A stretch of 64,000 bases of DNA from Utricularia gibba (taxonomy: Eukaryota; Plantae; Magnoliophyta), in contig NEEC01000020.1 of assembly GCA_002189035.1 (NCBI GenBank), positions 1,736,001 through 1,800,000 on the forward strand, given 5' to 3'. The position numbers and the translations under genes were made by a program. The first letter of the stretch is position 1. Each line of letters opens with the position of its first letter. The notes under the pieces were generated by a model. The model saw only the letters and a list, made by a program, of their open reading frames with translations, had not been told where the DNA came from and searched no databases. Shown here piece after piece: positions 61,263 through 64,000 of the stretch.

Positions 61263-63503
61263 CAGTGTACCTTCACGTACACCTTCCATGGGCATGTTAA
61301 CCCTTCACTACCTCAGCAACGAGCAATTAAATGATGCTCATCATTCTTCTCAAACCAAAACTGGATTCTTTTCCAGACACAATAGTTTTTAAGTGTATCT
61401 TTAGCCTCAGCTTTGGATTGAAATACTATCCATTTCCTATAAATGATACACAATTTAAATGCTGAAAATTACAATAATACAATTTAATCAAAACAAACTA
61501 TACTCACACATGTTCTAATATTCGAACACTATCACTTTCTATCCTAGAAATGTTCAAAAGACCTTCACTGCAAGGAGTTTCCGATTGTACTCCTTCAAAC
61601 ACGGGGAATTAGTCATTGAGAATTTCATAGTTATCCATTTCGCTTCCCTAGTCGAATTCGAAGTCACTGTCATACTGCACATGAGTATCAATACTGACAA
61701 ATACAATGGCTACTAGGAAATCAAAACAACAGTAAGGAGGACAATCAACACCCGTTATTTTGGTGGAACTAACAGGAAGCATAGCAAAAGCTACATGGAA
61801 AATCTGCATATCATCATACAAAGAACATAACATAACCAAAGAGCACATAATGTAGTAGCAAAAATAAGACTAATCTATAAAAAATTAGGTTAAGGCGGCA
61901 CATTTTAATAATCTCATAATGAACAACATTACACAAGAACATATTACATGTTTTATCCAAAACCAATGCAAACCATCTGAAACTCACACCATTCTCGAAG
62001 GAAAGAGAATGAACAAGTTGCCACACGAAAAGGGTAGAAGAAACCTGAATGAAAACTTTCAATGACGGCGATTTGGAAAATGGATCATAAAAATACAGCA
62101 TAAACTCCATCATTCCAAGAACCCCAATAAAATCTTGGAAGCACCAGAATCAACCAGAAAAATCCATACAGCATGACTCGAATCCTCATTGTTTAAACTT
62201 ACTTGCTCTATTTTCCGTGCTCCAAAATTGAAGGGGAGATGTAAACAGCGAAGCGCCACCCAAAGGGGCTTCACATTTCAAAAGGGATAAGTTGCAATAC
62301 GAAAGCACTAGAAGAAACTTACAATGAAATCGAAAGACCTACCACCACACCCACAAATAACAGACAGCAACCATCCGGAAGAACATATTACATATTAATC
62401 CACCTAAAGGCTGTAAAACTAGGTGTTCCAAATCTATAAAAAGTACATGGCCAGAAACAAAAGAAAAGGAAGGTTGGTTCTTGGAGTTGTTATATAAAAG
62501 CCTCAAAAAGTAAGCAGTAAGTAGACAGCTTCTAGAAAAATGGCAAAAAAAATAACAAGAGGAAATAGCACATCAGCTTCATACACGTGCATACTAAACA
62601 GGCCAGAAACCAAAGGTAATAAATTTTCATAGTTTCTAGAATAATACCCTCTTTCTCCAACAAATATGTGCCAAGGAAAACCATCATTCACAAGCAAATA
62701 GAATTTTTGCACAAAAGTTCAACAACATTAATCTTGCAAACAAGAAATAAATGCAATAATACAGTGAAGCAAAAAAAAGAAAGACTAAAGCCATACCTTA
62801 AGATCCAGAGCAACTCCTCTTCTACAATTTTCTTCCACTTTTTTCAAATCCCAAGAAAAAAAAACAAACTTTAACCTACTTAGAACCAGAAAAAAAGAAA
62901 AACATATCCAATCTTCATGTCTTTCCAAATGGTATCTCTACTTCCAAGGAGTTATATTGTAATTGCAACTCCACAATTTAGGAAGCCCAGAACATAGATG
63001 GGATGGGAGGTGGCCAACGAAACTGTTTATCCCCAATCTTGATGCCTTTCCAGTTGTTCGGAAATCTCGAGCTCTTCCTTTACCAGCAAGAGAAGAATGG
63101 GCCATCCTCAATTCGATTTAGGGTTAATGCAGGAATAATCAAATATAAAAAACTTTAAATTTTTTTATTAATTATTATATATTATTAAATAATATTATTA
63201 TTAAACCGGATTCAATTGTGTGGGTCAAATATGCTGAATCGATAAACTATTTGGATCAAATAAATCAAAATCTAAACTTTATCGGGGAAATCTATCATTA
63301 TTGAATGGGTGACTTCTACAGTAACAAAGATTCATGAAATAAATTTGTCAATTTATAAAATATGTGTCAAATACTATTCATGAAACTGCATTGGTCCGTT
63401 ATGCCCATTATAAAAATATATGAATCCGTTATGCCCCAAACCCTTGATTTTTAGGTCAAATATGTAATTATCTCTTTTTTTATATTTATTTTTAGAAAAT
63501 AAC

Positions 63504-64000
63504 TATTAAGTGTTATTTTCTAGTTAATTATCAGGTATTATTATGTGTTAATTATATATTAAGTTGCTCGATTAGGAATTATATTGATAAGTAATTGATT
63601 TTCCTTAGAAAAACTCTATTTTCCTATATTGTATATATTTTCTGTTTTTTTTCATGCTCTTTGATTGTGACATGTCAGGAGACTGTCGTGGAGTATCGTA
63701 GGAGTATTACAGGAGGTCAGACTCTGACTTTTCGTGCCTTTTACGTGACTTGGAACGACTGTGGGCGGAAGAGTGGCACTGATCAAGGCCCCTGACTTAT
63801 GACATGTTAGAGTCTGCAGCAATGATTGGGCGCTAACTTACACGCAAAGGAAAGCTACTGGCGCACACAAGATAGAATGAATTATAGGAAGGGGACCCAA
63901 AGGAGTTAATGCATATGGGGAGTGAGATAAAAACCGACTTGGAACACTTGTTTAAGAACTTTTGAACTTTTTCGCACTTAGCCTTTGTACTTAGAACTTT
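63504..64000 (+). repeat. Athila-family LTR, left part, running off the window
   Basis: TATTAAGTGTTATTTTCTAG (TG>TA) is collinear with 47372-47860, sharing AGAGTCTGCAGCAAT, TGGCGCACACAAGA and GACCCAAAGGAGTTAAT. Confidence 0.85.

Larger units (their letters stand above)
55800..63474 (-). mobile_element. Mutator-like (MuDR) element with decayed transposase
   Basis: FQSKAEAKDTLKNY..CPWKVY (61270-61440), IGVDDTH..LDPNNGVFPLAWGVVDGE..WIWF (58908-59186), TNNNSESLN, SWIM CDCRAWKIT/GIPYKH and a knuckle near 57500. TIR-like ends share CATATTTGACC (55800-55820 and 63454-63474, the latter reading GAGATAATTAC inward). Boundaries approximate, no TSD found. Confidence 0.85.

Overview
This is AT-rich plant (dicot-like) nuclear DNA made almost entirely of nested, decayed transposons. 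No intact protein-coding gene could be found. From left to right: (1) a 5'-truncated, internally deleted Ty1/copia element on the - strand, abutting intron-containing TPR exons of an O-GlcNAc transferase (SEC-like) pseudogene on the - strand; (2) a degenerate AT-rich tandem array split by an Athila-type LTR that itself carries a nested solo LTR; (3) the catalytic-half exons of the SEC-like gene, now on the + strand; (4) PIF/Harbinger Myb-ORF remnants, an Athila LTR+gag, a CRM-like gypsy remnant and a solo LTR; (5) a mosaic plastid insertion (atpI-rps2 inverted against rps7-ndhB) flanked by two unidentified exon-like islands; (6) a Tat/Retand gypsy element (RT, extra archaeal-type RNase H, integrase) carrying a spliced three-exon antisense gene; (7) a near full-length Athila element (gag-pol plus an extra ORF); (8) hAT remnants, a Tic32-like SDR pseudogene, a MuDR element with an intronic 68-bp tandem array and an Angela-like solo LTR, and a final Athila LTR running off the window. 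Family assignments come from remembered motifs, not database searches. The most interesting items are the spliced antisense gene in the Tat element, the SEC gene whose halves face opposite ways, the mosaic plastid insertion and the Tat/Athila junction.
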